Position numbers and translations under genes: made by a program
In this document: piece after piece, positions 28,546 to 36,981 of the stretch
Layout of the letters: each line of letters begins with the position of its first letter
Position numbering within the stretch: the first letter of the stretch is position 1
Source of the DNA: an uncultured Eubacteriales bacterium
GTDB taxonomy: Bacteria; Bacillota; JAAYKD01
Reading direction: 5' to 3'
DNA length: 64,000 bases
Assembly (NCBI GenBank): GCA_964425745.1
Contig: CAYRNW010000014.1
Span: 21 to 64,020 of the forward strand
Notes under the pieces: model-generated
Seen by the model: the letters and a program-made list of their open reading frames with translations, nothing else
Told to the model about the DNA's origin: nothing
Database searches by the model: none

Positions 28546-29169
28546 TTATTGTATTCCGTGTTTAAGAAGATCGATTAAGTTATCGATTTCAGCAAGGATT
28601 TCCTCTTCGCTGCTTTCGGGATCGATCACCTGATCGATCGAATCCAGCAATGCTGTAATGATGCTGGCCACCAAAACCGTTGAAGTCTCTTTTCGTATCT
28701 TGCCTTGCGCTTTCGACATTTCAATCATGGCATGAATCGCATTTTGCGACATTCCACCAAATTCTTCGCGTAATTGCCGCTTAATCTCTTCCTCTTCCGC
28801 CATATATTTGCGCCACAAGCCCAAATAGCGCTGTTCTTTTTGGGCAAATCGCAAAGAAATCAAGGCCAAATTGCGAAAATCTTCAAAGAAATCCGCGCCC
28901 ATCCCCTGAATATTCTGAGCAGAGATCAGGGCTAATTTCTCTACCGCCATACGCTCCATGAGCGATAAATAGAGGTCCAATTTGTCGTAAAACCGGTAAT
29001 AAAAACTGCCCTTGTTCATCCCAGCCTTACGAATGATCTCATTCAGGGATGCTTCGCGAAAGGCTTGGCTCGCAAACGCTTCCAACGCTGCATTCCATAA
29101 GTTCTCTTGATTGATCAGCGGATTCTGTGTCTGCTCCGCCTTCCACTTCATCTTACTTGTGCTACTCAT
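28546..29169 (-). CDS. TetR/AcrR-family transcriptional regulator
   Basis: N-terminal TetR HTH (AFREASLNEIIRKAGMNKGSFYYRFYDKLDLY); start overlaps the small upstream ORF stop (ATGA). Confidence 0.8.
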   Translation of the reverse strand: MSSTSKMKWKAEQTQNPLINQENLWNAALEAFASQAFREASLNEIIRKAGMNKGSFYYRFYDKLDLYLSLMERMAVEKLALISAQNIQGMGADFFEDFRNLALISLRFAQKEQRYLGLWRKYMAEEEEIKRQLREEFGGMSQNAIHAMIEMSKAQGKIRKETSTVLVASIITALLDSIDQVIDPESSEEEILAEIDNLIDLLKHGIQ

Positions 29170-29306
29170 TCGTCATCCTTCTCCAAAAGCTTGGCACGTT
29201 CCGCTTTCTTGTCAGCCTGCTGCTTTAACCACTTCGGCACATACCAGATCTTAAAAGCCGCTAGCAAAACCACGCCTGCAATAATCCAATACCAATAGGT
29301 TTCCAT
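29166..29306 (-). CDS. small membrane protein (46 aa, one TM); absent from the ORF track
   Basis: ATG 5 nt after the permease stop with GGAGGTG RBS; METYWYWIIAGVVLLAAFKIWYVPKWLKQQADKKAERAKLLEKDDE; stop overlaps the TetR start. Confidence 0.5.
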   Translation of the reverse strand: METYWYWIIAGVVLLAAFKIWYVPKWLKQQADKKAERAKLLEKDDE

Positions 29307-29311
29307 GTAAT

Positions 29312-30301
29312 TCACCTCCATCCCTTCCACAATGTTCGTTTACGAAAGAGCCCAGCCGCAGCCAAAGCCCAGGGAACCCCTACAAGAAGCGATAACCCCA
29401 TTTGCCCCCACGCGCTACCTCCATTGAAAATCGTCTCGAGCGCCTTAGCTTGCCAATACATGGGAACGGGGTAATAAAAGAACTGCCACCTCTCTGCTAC
29501 AAAGAAGGCTGTAATCGGTATCATCAGCATCAATGGCATGAGGAGCTTCATAACCCCAATCGCGGCAATTTGGTTGTTTGCAAAAGCCGGAATCACAAAA
29601 ACACTAAATCCACATACGCCAATGCCCATGAGCGACAAGAGCACCAGATTCGGTAATTCCTGCCACGCACCAATCACCATGGCACTCGAGGCAACCCCCA
29701 CCACACTAATCAGCATGGCCGGCATCCATTTCAAGACCATATATTTCAGCAATCCAACCGAGCTAACCGTCAAAGCTTGAATCATCCGATTTTCGCGTTC
29801 GTCTACCACCGAAAGGCCTAATGTAGCACCCCCTACAAACAACGCTAACAAGAACATGCTCATACGGGTCAGGCGATACGCCCAGCTTCCTTGTCCGACC
29901 ACGGTTTCATTTGTAAACGATGGCACCTCCGCCGCGACAACCTTGCCCACTAAAGTCTGAACAGCGAAGGCGAAGGAATCCCCTTCATTGCCTTCTACAA
30001 GAATGGTTACTTTTTCATCCTGCCAAATCAGACCGGCAATCGCATCGGGTCCTTCGACCCTTTGAATCACCTCATCTTGGGTTTTTAGGCGTTCTAGATC
30101 TGCCACTTGTTCTAATTTCATCTGAATCTCTTGGGGGATCTCATCCATAATCACCAAGCGCTGAGTGCTGCTTTGCAACCTACCAAAAACCATCAGGAAA
30201 ACCAGAGCTAAGAGCGCCGGTGCAAGGGCCATATATAAAGAAATCCCGTTACGCGAAATGATTACAAACTCTTTTCGGATTCCACTCAGTATTGACTTCA
30301 T
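29312..30301 (-). CDS. ABC-2 family transporter permease (second permease)
   Basis: 6-TM ABC-2-type permease; likely start MKSILSG at 30301 overlapping the upstream stop (ATGA); track ORF extends to 30403. Confidence 0.7.
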   Translation of the reverse strand: MKSILSGIRKEFVIISRNGISLYMALAPALLALVFLMVFGRLQSSTQRLVIMDEIPQEIQMKLEQVADLERLKTQDEVIQRVEGPDAIAGLIWQDEKVTILVEGNEGDSFAFAVQTLVGKVVAAEVPSFTNETVVGQGSWAYRLTRMSMFLLALFVGGATLGLSVVDERENRMIQALTVSSVGLLKYMVLKWMPAMLISVVGVASSAMVIGAWQELPNLVLLSLMGIGVCGFSVFVIPAFANNQIAAIGVMKLLMPLMLMIPITAFFVAERWQFFYYPVPMYWQAKALETIFNGGSAWGQMGLSLLVGVPWALAAAGLFRKRTLWKGWR

Positions 30302-31266
30302 ACCCACGCACCTCCTTTGTGGAAAAAGACTCGGTGAACTGATAGATAGGCTAAGAATAGTAAGAGACCTGTCCATACCAGCATCGGCAATACACTGCTC
30401 CATTGCAGGCCACTACCGAAGAGGATGTCATCATAGGCACTCAAAAATGGATATGACGGCAAAAACTTCATCCAAAGAAGCTGCGAAGAAGGATTGCTGT
30501 AGCCGACGCCGCTGAGCATGTTCAGGGTAAGTAACACGGCCGTGGAAAAGAACCATCCGTTCATGTCACGAAAAAAGGGCGTGATCACCAAACCCATCAG
30601 GGCAAAAATCGCACTGCCTAGAGCACTAATCAAGAAAAAGGTCAGCCAGTTCAAGGAAAAACCTACCGTGAACAGCGCCATCAGCCCGGCATACAAGCTG
30701 CCGATTAGAGCAAACAAAACCAGTTTCCCTGCAATGTAACGATGCACACCGATAGGAGAAATGCGCATGGCTTTCACCGTTTCCTCTTGCTTTTCTGCAA
30801 GCATCAAGGTTCCGGCGAGTATAAAACTCAAGATTAACGCTTCAAAGGTGATTAACATCGGCACCATCTGTAAGTTGAAGGGAATCGCCTCTTGTGGATT
30901 CAGGCTCTCCGTTCGAATCGGCTCTAATCCTGCCTGTAAGGAAACCACCAAGGCTGTCACGGTTTTCTCGGAAAGCCCTGGATGTAAAACAACGGTCTGG
31001 CCTTGGTCGTCAACCAAAAAACCGATGGCTTGTTGTTCTGCAACTGCCTTTCGTACGGCGGCTTCGCTCTCCATCGTTTGACTGACTTGCGCATAGGCTG
31101 GAGCTTGGAATGAAACGAGCAGTGGCGGGCTCACTTCCATGCTTTTGGGAAAGACAAAGTGGATGGCCAACAAAATCAGAATCAGGGTCACCGAGACTAC
31201 CCAAAACAAGGCGTTTTTTAAAAGGCGACGAAAATCTTGTTGCACCAATGCAAAAATCGCGGTCAT
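30298..31266 (-). CDS. ABC-2 family transporter permease
   Basis: 6 predicted TM helices, ABC-2 permease organisation; start overlaps the ATPase gene stop. Confidence 0.7.
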   Translation of the reverse strand: MTAIFALVQQDFRRLLKNALFWVVSVTLILILLAIHFVFPKSMEVSPPLLVSFQAPAYAQVSQTMESEAAVRKAVAEQQAIGFLVDDQGQTVVLHPGLSEKTVTALVVSLQAGLEPIRTESLNPQEAIPFNLQMVPMLITFEALILSFILAGTLMLAEKQEETVKAMRISPIGVHRYIAGKLVLFALIGSLYAGLMALFTVGFSLNWLTFFLISALGSAIFALMGLVITPFFRDMNGWFFSTAVLLTLNMLSGVGYSNPSSQLLWMKFLPSYPFLSAYDDILFGSGLQWSSVLPMLVWTGLLLFLAYLSVHRVFFHKGGAWV

Positions 31267-32111
31267 GCTTTCAACTCCTTCCCGGTTACACGCAGGAAGA
31301 TCTCCTCTAAGGTCGCTTCCATGGAATGGACTTTGATCACTTCGTGCTCGCGCAAGAAATCACTGAGTGCCTGCGGTTGCTTTAAATCAAAATAGGTTTC
31401 GACTTCCTGTCCTTCTTGCAAGGTAACCACCTTCACACCGGTGGTGCCGTAGGCTAATTTCAGCGCATTGGGGGCATCCATGGCTTGAATGGTTCCGTCC
31501 GATAGAAAAGCAACCGTATCACAAAGGGTATCGGCCAATTCCATGTTATGAGTGGTTAAAAAGACCGTCGCTCCACGCTGGGCTTGCTCACGGATCAGCT
31601 CCCGAACCAACAACGCCGAAGAAGGATCCAGGCCACTGGTAGGTTCATCTAAAAAGAGAAAATCCGCTTGGTTGATTAAGGCTCGCACCAAGGTCAGCCG
31701 CTGCCTCATACCCTTAGAATACTCCGATGCCTTCTTGTGAGCCGCCTCTCGCAGGCCCACACGGTCCAACAACTTGAGCGGGTCTAAGGTTGGCACAGAA
31801 AACTGAGCAGCGAAATAGGCTAAATTCTCATAGCCCGTCAAGCTGCTGTACACATTGGGTTGCTCAAAGGAAACACCCACTCGATTGAAAAACGAGGTCT
31901 TTAAGTCGCGAACCGATTGTGTGTCATACAGAACCTCGCCTTTTTGTAAAGTCAGTAACCCGGTCATGATGTTTTGCACGGTTGATTTTCCGGCTCCGCT
32001 AGGACCCAGAAACCCAAATATTTTGCCACTTTCTGCAGTAAAAGAGATATCGGCTACTGCATAATGGCCTTTGCCTTCATAATCATGATATAGATTTTTT
32101 ACGGTAATCAT
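31263..32111 (-). CDS. ABC transporter ATP-binding protein
   Basis: Walker A GPSGAGKST, ABC signature SKGMRQRL, Walker B LFLDEPTSGLD; AGGAGG RBS. Confidence 0.9.
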   Translation of the reverse strand: MITVKNLYHDYEGKGHYAVADISFTAESGKIFGFLGPSGAGKSTVQNIMTGLLTLQKGEVLYDTQSVRDLKTSFFNRVGVSFEQPNVYSSLTGYENLAYFAAQFSVPTLDPLKLLDRVGLREAAHKKASEYSKGMRQRLTLVRALINQADFLFLDEPTSGLDPSSALLVRELIREQAQRGATVFLTTHNMELADTLCDTVAFLSDGTIQAMDAPNALKLAYGTTGVKVVTLQEGQEVETYFDLKQPQALSDFLREHEVIKVHSMEATLEEIFLRVTGKELKA

Positions 32112-32148
32112 CTGAACATCCTCCTATTTGACCGACTGGTTTAATTGG

Positions 32149-32188
32149 ATTATACACCCTCTTGACCAGTCAGTCAAGAGGGTGTATA
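32149..32188 (-). promoter_or_regulatory. promoter (minus-strand TTGACT-N17-TATAAT) inside a 38-bp palindrome; probable TetR operator of the ABC-TetR operon
   Basis: Perfect 16-bp arms TATACACCCTCTTGAC / GTCAAGAGGGTGTATA (32151-32166, 32173-32188); -35 is revcomp of 32172-32177, -10 is revcomp of 32149-32154; RBS and ATG 25-40 nt downstream. Confidence 0.6.
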
Positions 32189-32199
32189 AAAAAAAGATA

Positions 32200-32280
32200 G
32201 GGGACGGTTCTCCCCTTCGCCCACCGGGACAGTTCTTTCAAAACCGTCCCTTGGTGGGCTAAAAGGGGAGAACCGTCCCC
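32200..32280. repeat. MITE-like palindromic element (81 nt)
   Basis: GGGGACGGTTCTCCCC ... GGGGAGAACCGTCCCC termini; inner CCCACCGGGACAGTTC...CCGTCCCTTGGTGGG hairpin. Confidence 0.75.
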
Positions 32281-32293
32281 AAGAAAATAAAAA

Positions 32294-33193
32294 TTACTCT
32301 GCAACGGTACGATTGCGTCCGGACTCTTTGGCTTTGTATAAATTCTGATCAGCATCTTCAATCGCCTTGGTCACCGTGCTGTCGGTATCATGAATGAAAT
32401 TTAGACCAAAACTGCACGTAACTTGCAATCTATGCTCTCCACACACAAAAGCATGCTCTTGAATAGTATGACGAATCTGCTCTACCATTTGCAACACTTC
32501 AGCTTTTTCAGCAAATCGTACAATCATCATAAACTCTTCCCCACCATAACGAGCCACCCAATTTACCGGGTCTTTGACCTCTCTTTGCAAAATCACTGCC
32601 AGTTCTTTGAGCACACAATCCCCTACCAGATGCCCATAGGTGTCATTAATTCTTTTAAATCGATCAAGATCGGCCATGATAATCGAAATGGGTTGGTTAT
32701 GCAGCTTGGCTTGATACAAATCTGCCGGCAGGCGCTCGGCAATGAAACGGCGATTATAAAGGCCGGTCAATTCATCGGTGACCATTTTCGCATTGACCAC
32801 TCTAATATATTCATGCAGATCCATCGCGCCCTGATCTTCAAAAAGCAAAATCCGATCTTCCGTAATATCTTTCATCATTTCTACGATGAAGCTTTCTCCC
32901 TTCAATTCCATGGGAATCGCCTGTACAAAATAAGTGCGACCTTCTGCAATCTCAATTTTGGAAACGACCTTTTTCTCTGCCACCGCACGCATGGAAACAC
33001 AATTCTCACACGGTATTTGCTTGTTCCAAAAAGCATAGCATGTTGTAGCCGGTGCGCAACTTCCATCGGTTTCGCTCATTCGAGCTTCTTTTTTCTCTGG
33101 GTCAACGATTCGAATAAACGTATAAAGGTTTTCGAAGATCGATAACCGTTCTATAACTTCTTGTAAAATTTCTTGCATTCTATAAATTTCCAC
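32294..33193 (-). CDS. diguanylate cyclase (GGDEF) with Cys-rich N-terminal sensor region
   Basis: RYGGEEFMMIV, RFKRINDTYGH; N-terminal CX5CX9CX2C cluster (SCAPATTCYAFWNKQIPCENC). Confidence 0.8.
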   Translation of the reverse strand: MEIYRMQEILQEVIERLSIFENLYTFIRIVDPEKKEARMSETDGSCAPATTCYAFWNKQIPCENCVSMRAVAEKKVVSKIEIAEGRTYFVQAIPMELKGESFIVEMMKDITEDRILLFEDQGAMDLHEYIRVVNAKMVTDELTGLYNRRFIAERLPADLYQAKLHNQPISIIMADLDRFKRINDTYGHLVGDCVLKELAVILQREVKDPVNWVARYGGEEFMMIVRFAEKAEVLQMVEQIRHTIQEHAFVCGEHRLQVTCSFGLNFIHDTDSTVTKAIEDADQNLYKAKESGRNRTVAE

Positions 33194-33267
33194 TCCTCAA
33201 GTTCTCATCAATATCTATTTTAGATTCTCGACTCAAGGTGTGAATTCCTCTAAAGAGTCGTTGCCGC

Positions 33268-34128
33268 CTACATCTCAATTGGCATTGCCATTGGTACGAA
33301 GAGCATGAAAATGATCAGAAAAACATGGAGCAAAACAATCGGTGTCAGCCAGCCGTTGATAAAGAATTGCCGCCACAGCCCAGATTCCGGTTTGTGTTCC
33401 TGCCACCACTCTTGCATGCGCGTCCGCTTTGAATAAAGCAAACGGAAAAGATAGATCAAGGAAAGGATCCCTACGCCAACATAGACGACATCAATCGTAC
33501 TCATCAACCAACTGATTTCATTTTGTACTGCGTTAATCGCGAACACGGCCAAAAAGTTGTTGAGTGCATGAATCAAAATCGACCATAGCAACCCAAACTT
33601 CAATGTCACCACCGCTAAAATAATTCCGCTTAAAAAAGTATGACCCACTTGAATGATAAAGGTATGTTGCATGGCAAATAGAATTGCCGTGGCCAACACC
33701 GCAAGGGCTTCTCCGTAGGGGCGTAATCGCTTCAAAATAATTCCACGAAACAACATCTCTTCCGCTAAGGGAGCCAGAATCACGGTCAAAAGGAATAGCT
33801 TCCAACCGCTACCTAACGCTGCAGCATAACCACTGTTGTCTTGGTGCAGTCCCATCTTTTCAATCAAAGGTGCCATAAACCGCGAAATTGTAATGGTTGT
33901 TAATATCATGGCAAAGACGACGGCTGCCATTTGCAAAATTTGTATCTTTTCGGGTTTTTGCACGTTTTCCAACGAAAAAACCTTTTCACGATACGCCACA
34001 TAGAAGACGAAAAGATAACCTGCAACAAGAGTGAACATGCTTTCTGCGCCAAAAAACAACCCGGCAATGATGTTGATTCCCAAAAAAGACCACAACAATT
34101 TGCCTACCGAAGTAGCCGTAGCTTTCAT
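33268..34128 (-). CDS. CPBP-family intramembrane metalloprotease (CAAX protease / Abi-like)
   Basis: Conserved EExxFR (APLAEEMLFRG), FxxxH and HALNN motifs in TM helices. Confidence 0.75.
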   Translation of the reverse strand: MKATATSVGKLLWSFLGINIIAGLFFGAESMFTLVAGYLFVFYVAYREKVFSLENVQKPEKIQILQMAAVVFAMILTTITISRFMAPLIEKMGLHQDNSGYAAALGSGWKLFLLTVILAPLAEEMLFRGIILKRLRPYGEALAVLATAILFAMQHTFIIQVGHTFLSGIILAVVTLKFGLLWSILIHALNNFLAVFAINAVQNEISWLMSTIDVVYVGVGILSLIYLFRLLYSKRTRMQEWWQEHKPESGLWRQFFINGWLTPIVLLHVFLIIFMLFVPMAMPIEM

Positions 34129-34316
34129 ATCCTCTGCATCCTCTCATCTGCTTTGTGTTCGTTCGAAAAATCACTTTTATACTACTTAATAATTTTAATT
34201 TTGTCAAGAGTATATTTGCGTAAAAAGCGTTTTATATTTCATGAAAGGACTTCCTGTTCCATTTGTTGAATCTGCCATAGAAAGCTACTCCTTAAGGTAG
34301 CTTCGAACGACAGGAG

Positions 34317-35786
34317 GTGCACTCAATGAATCTACTTGAATTATCATTAAAAGACCTACGCCAAGCCCTCGATGCCGGTGAGCTGACCTCAAGCGAGCTA
34401 GTTCATTTCTACCTTGACCGGATCGCCAAATTGAATCACGAAGGCCCCAACCTCAACGCAATCTTGGAGCTAAACCCGGAATTGGAGCACCTCGCAAATG
34501 CAAAGGATAGCGAACACCGCCGCGGCAAAGCCAAAGGTGCGCTGCACGGAATTCCGGTACTGCTCAAAGATAATATTGATACCCGCGACATGTTGCACAC
34601 ATCTGCGGGTTCATTAGCCCTAAAAGATCATTATGCAGCGAAGGATTCTTTTGTTGTAAAACGCTTGCGCAAAGCAGGCGCCATAATACTCGGCAAAGCC
34701 AACATGACCGAATGGGCCAACTTCATGACCCAAAATATGCGAAACGGATACAGTTCTAGGGGCGGTCAAGTGCTCAACCCCTACGGACCCAATGTCTTCG
34801 ATGTCAGTGGTTCCAGCTCGGGCTCCGCTGCAGCCGTAGCGGCGCGCATGGTGCCGGTAGCTATCGGCACTGAAACCAGTGGTTCGATTATGAGCCCCGC
34901 TAGTTGGAACAGCATCGTCGGTATCAAACCCACGGTCGGCTTGGTCAGCCGCAGCGGAATCATCCCCATCATGTTCAGCCAAGACACCGCCGGCCCTTTA
35001 GCATTGAGTGTGGAAGACGCTGCATTTTTATTGAATGCCATGGTGGGAATCGATGATGACGACGCCGCCACGCTTTCGGCAGCCGGACATATGGAGAAAG
35101 ACTATACCGATTTTATCAACCCCGAAGGTCTCAAAGGCAAACGATTGGGTTTTGTCACGCAACATTACGACCGTTTTTCGCAAGAGAAACAAGATACCAT
35201 GAAACGCGTCATGGAAGAAATGAAAGCACAAGGTGCCGAGGTTGAGGTCATTGATAACATCCCCGGATTTACCGAGTTGCGCAAGCAGGCTTGGAACGTG
35301 GGCAATGCCATGAGTTACGAATTCAAACCCGCTTTGAACAAATATCTTTCCACGGTCGAGTCGCATCTGCCGGTTCACAATATGAACGATGTCATCTGTT
35401 TTAACCAACAACATGCCGAATCCTGCCTAAAATATGGGCAAACCCAGTTTATAACGGCACAAGCTCGCAGTGGCTCCCTCAGTGAAAAAGAGTATATTGA
35501 AGACCGCAAAAATGATCTGCTCTGGTCTCGTGAAATGGGAATCGACTGGGCGCTGCAAACGTATAAGGTCGACGCCTTGGTCTTCCCTGCTTCCAGTGTC
35601 GCCACCTTAGCAGCGAGAGCCGGTTACCCTTCCATTGGTGTTCCGGTGGGATACATGGAAAACGGCGAACCCTTTGGCATCTCCATGACTGCCAAGGCCT
35701 GGCAAGAAGGCTTACTCATAGAAATCGCTTCCGGATATGAAGCGGCTACCAACTACCGACGCGACCCGGGGTGTTCCAAACTATAA
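34317..35786 (+). CDS. amidase (amidase-signature family, 489 aa)
   Basis: AS motif GGSSSGSAAAVAA; ACAGGAGGTG RBS; terminator CCCTGCAGA...TCTGCAGGG + T-run at about 35795-35830. Confidence 0.85.
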   Translation: MHSMNLLELSLKDLRQALDAGELTSSELVHFYLDRIAKLNHEGPNLNAILELNPELEHLANAKDSEHRRGKAKGALHGIPVLLKDNIDTRDMLHTSAGSLALKDHYAAKDSFVVKRLRKAGAIILGKANMTEWANFMTQNMRNGYSSRGGQVLNPYGPNVFDVSGSSSGSAAAVAARMVPVAIGTETSGSIMSPASWNSIVGIKPTVGLVSRSGIIPIMFSQDTAGPLALSVEDAAFLLNAMVGIDDDDAATLSAAGHMEKDYTDFINPEGLKGKRLGFVTQHYDRFSQEKQDTMKRVMEEMKAQGAEVEVIDNIPGFTELRKQAWNVGNAMSYEFKPALNKYLSTVESHLPVHNMNDVICFNQQHAESCLKYGQTQFITAQARSGSLSEKEYIEDRKNDLLWSREMGIDWALQTYKVDALVFPASSVATLAARAGYPSIGVPVGYMENGEPFGISMTAKAWQEGLLIEIASGYEAATNYRRDPGCSKL

Positions 35787-35899
35787 TCCCCCTTCCCTGC
35801 AGATTTTCTTAAGTCTGCAGGGTTTTTATATAAAAATTTTTTCTGTGTAAACGGATTCGTGCTTTTGAAACGTATTTAGGGTAGAAGGGAGGAATATCC

Positions 35900-36247
35900 T
35901 TGGCTGAATCGTTCGCTACCAACGATTTTATCTCCGAAGCCATTGAAAAACACGCCGACTTGGTTCGCCGAATCTGCTATTTGCATTTAAAGAACAAGGC
36001 TGATGTCGAAGATGTTTTTCAAGAAGTATTCCTTCAATTCTTCCTCAACTTTCACACCTTTGAATCGGAAGAACATCAGAAAGCATGGTTGTGCCGTGTT
36101 ACCTACAATCGTTGCAAGGATTACTACCGAAGCTTTTGGAGACGCAAGGTCGTCAGTCTTCAATCGATGGAAATCCCCTATGAAACCCCCGAGCAAGCCA
36201 GCCTCATGGAACAAAGAAACAAACCAACCGAGCCCGGCAACAAATGA
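35900..36247 (+). CDS. sigma-70/ECF-like protein comprising region 2 only (115 aa; truncated?)
   Basis: Region-2 features (DVFQEVFLQFFLNF, RVTYNRCKDYYR); TTG start after AAGGGAGGA RBS; stop overlaps the next ORF's ATG (ATGA); no region-4 HTH found. Confidence 0.5.
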   Translation: MAESFATNDFISEAIEKHADLVRRICYLHLKNKADVEDVFQEVFLQFFLNFHTFESEEHQKAWLCRVTYNRCKDYYRSFWRRKVVSLQSMEIPYETPEQASLMEQRNKPTEPGNK

Positions 36248-36858
36248 CTCAAATGCTAGAAATCAGTGCCGAGGCCTTGCAACTTCGCACCGCTCGCATG
36301 GAACAGGCACAGCAATTTTCCGATACCGTAGAGCATTGGGCAAAAGAGCAAGTGCAAAATGCTCAAAGCTGGGGATTAACCAATGGATATCCCGATGGAT
36401 CCTTTAATCCCGATGGTAAAATCTCAGGAACCGAAGGTATTTTGATGATGAGCCGCATGATGAACTGTCTTGCCGGTGAAGATACAACCGGTGGTAATAC
36501 AGAACAAATCCAATGGCAAAACGTTCCCGAATGGGCCCACACCATGCTACAAGAAACGGCCGCACTACGAATTGCTACGCAGAGCCACATTTACGGTGAA
36601 ACCCAATTGAATCGTTTGCAATTTGCCGTTGCCTTAGCCAAAGGAATGAGCATTGAACCTATGGCCGTTCCCGAAGGAACCGTTGTTTTCCTAGATCAAG
36701 AAGAAATCCCAGCCGATGCGTTAGGCTATATCTATGCACTACGCACCTTAGGAATCATTGAAGGAAACGAAGGTCAATTCTTCCCCAATCTTGGCGTGAC
36801 TCGCGCCGAAGCTGCAACCATGCTGAATCGTGTAATGACAATGGTACCGGCTGAATAA
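36244..36858 (+). CDS. SLH-domain protein with three SLH repeats and no signal peptide (204 aa)
   Basis: Three SLH-like repeats (WAKEQVQNAQSWGLTNGYPDGSFNPDGKISGTEGILMMSRMMN, etc.); hydrophilic N-terminus. Confidence 0.6.
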   Translation: MTQMLEISAEALQLRTARMEQAQQFSDTVEHWAKEQVQNAQSWGLTNGYPDGSFNPDGKISGTEGILMMSRMMNCLAGEDTTGGNTEQIQWQNVPEWAHTMLQETAALRIATQSHIYGETQLNRLQFAVALAKGMSIEPMAVPEGTVVFLDQEEIPADALGYIYALRTLGIIEGNEGQFFPNLGVTRAEAATMLNRVMTMVPAE

Positions 36859-36920
36859 TCGCTGTAATTGAAGTAGTTTCTGCTCCCGCCATCCTGCTCA
36901 TCAGGATGGTTTTTTATAAT

Positions 36921-36949
36921 TTGACAGCTAATTTCTGAAGTGCTATGCT
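36921..36949 (+). promoter_or_regulatory. sigma-A type promoter of the GNAT-macro-vWA gene string
   Basis: TTGACA-N17-TATGCT immediately after a terminator hairpin (CCATCCTG-ctca-CAGGATGG + T-run, 36886-36916). Confidence 0.5.
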
Positions 36950-36981
36950 TGATTCAAGATTTTCAAAAAGCAGGTGAAACC

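Noticed and set aside
34620-35605. Several 76-128-aa ORFs antisense to the amidase gene
   Set aside because: Shadow ORFs inside a well-supported CDS on the opposite strand; no RBS and no independent support. The same reasoning applies to antisense ORFs within the HD-GYP, AraC, lyase, GGDEF-EAL and kdpD genes.
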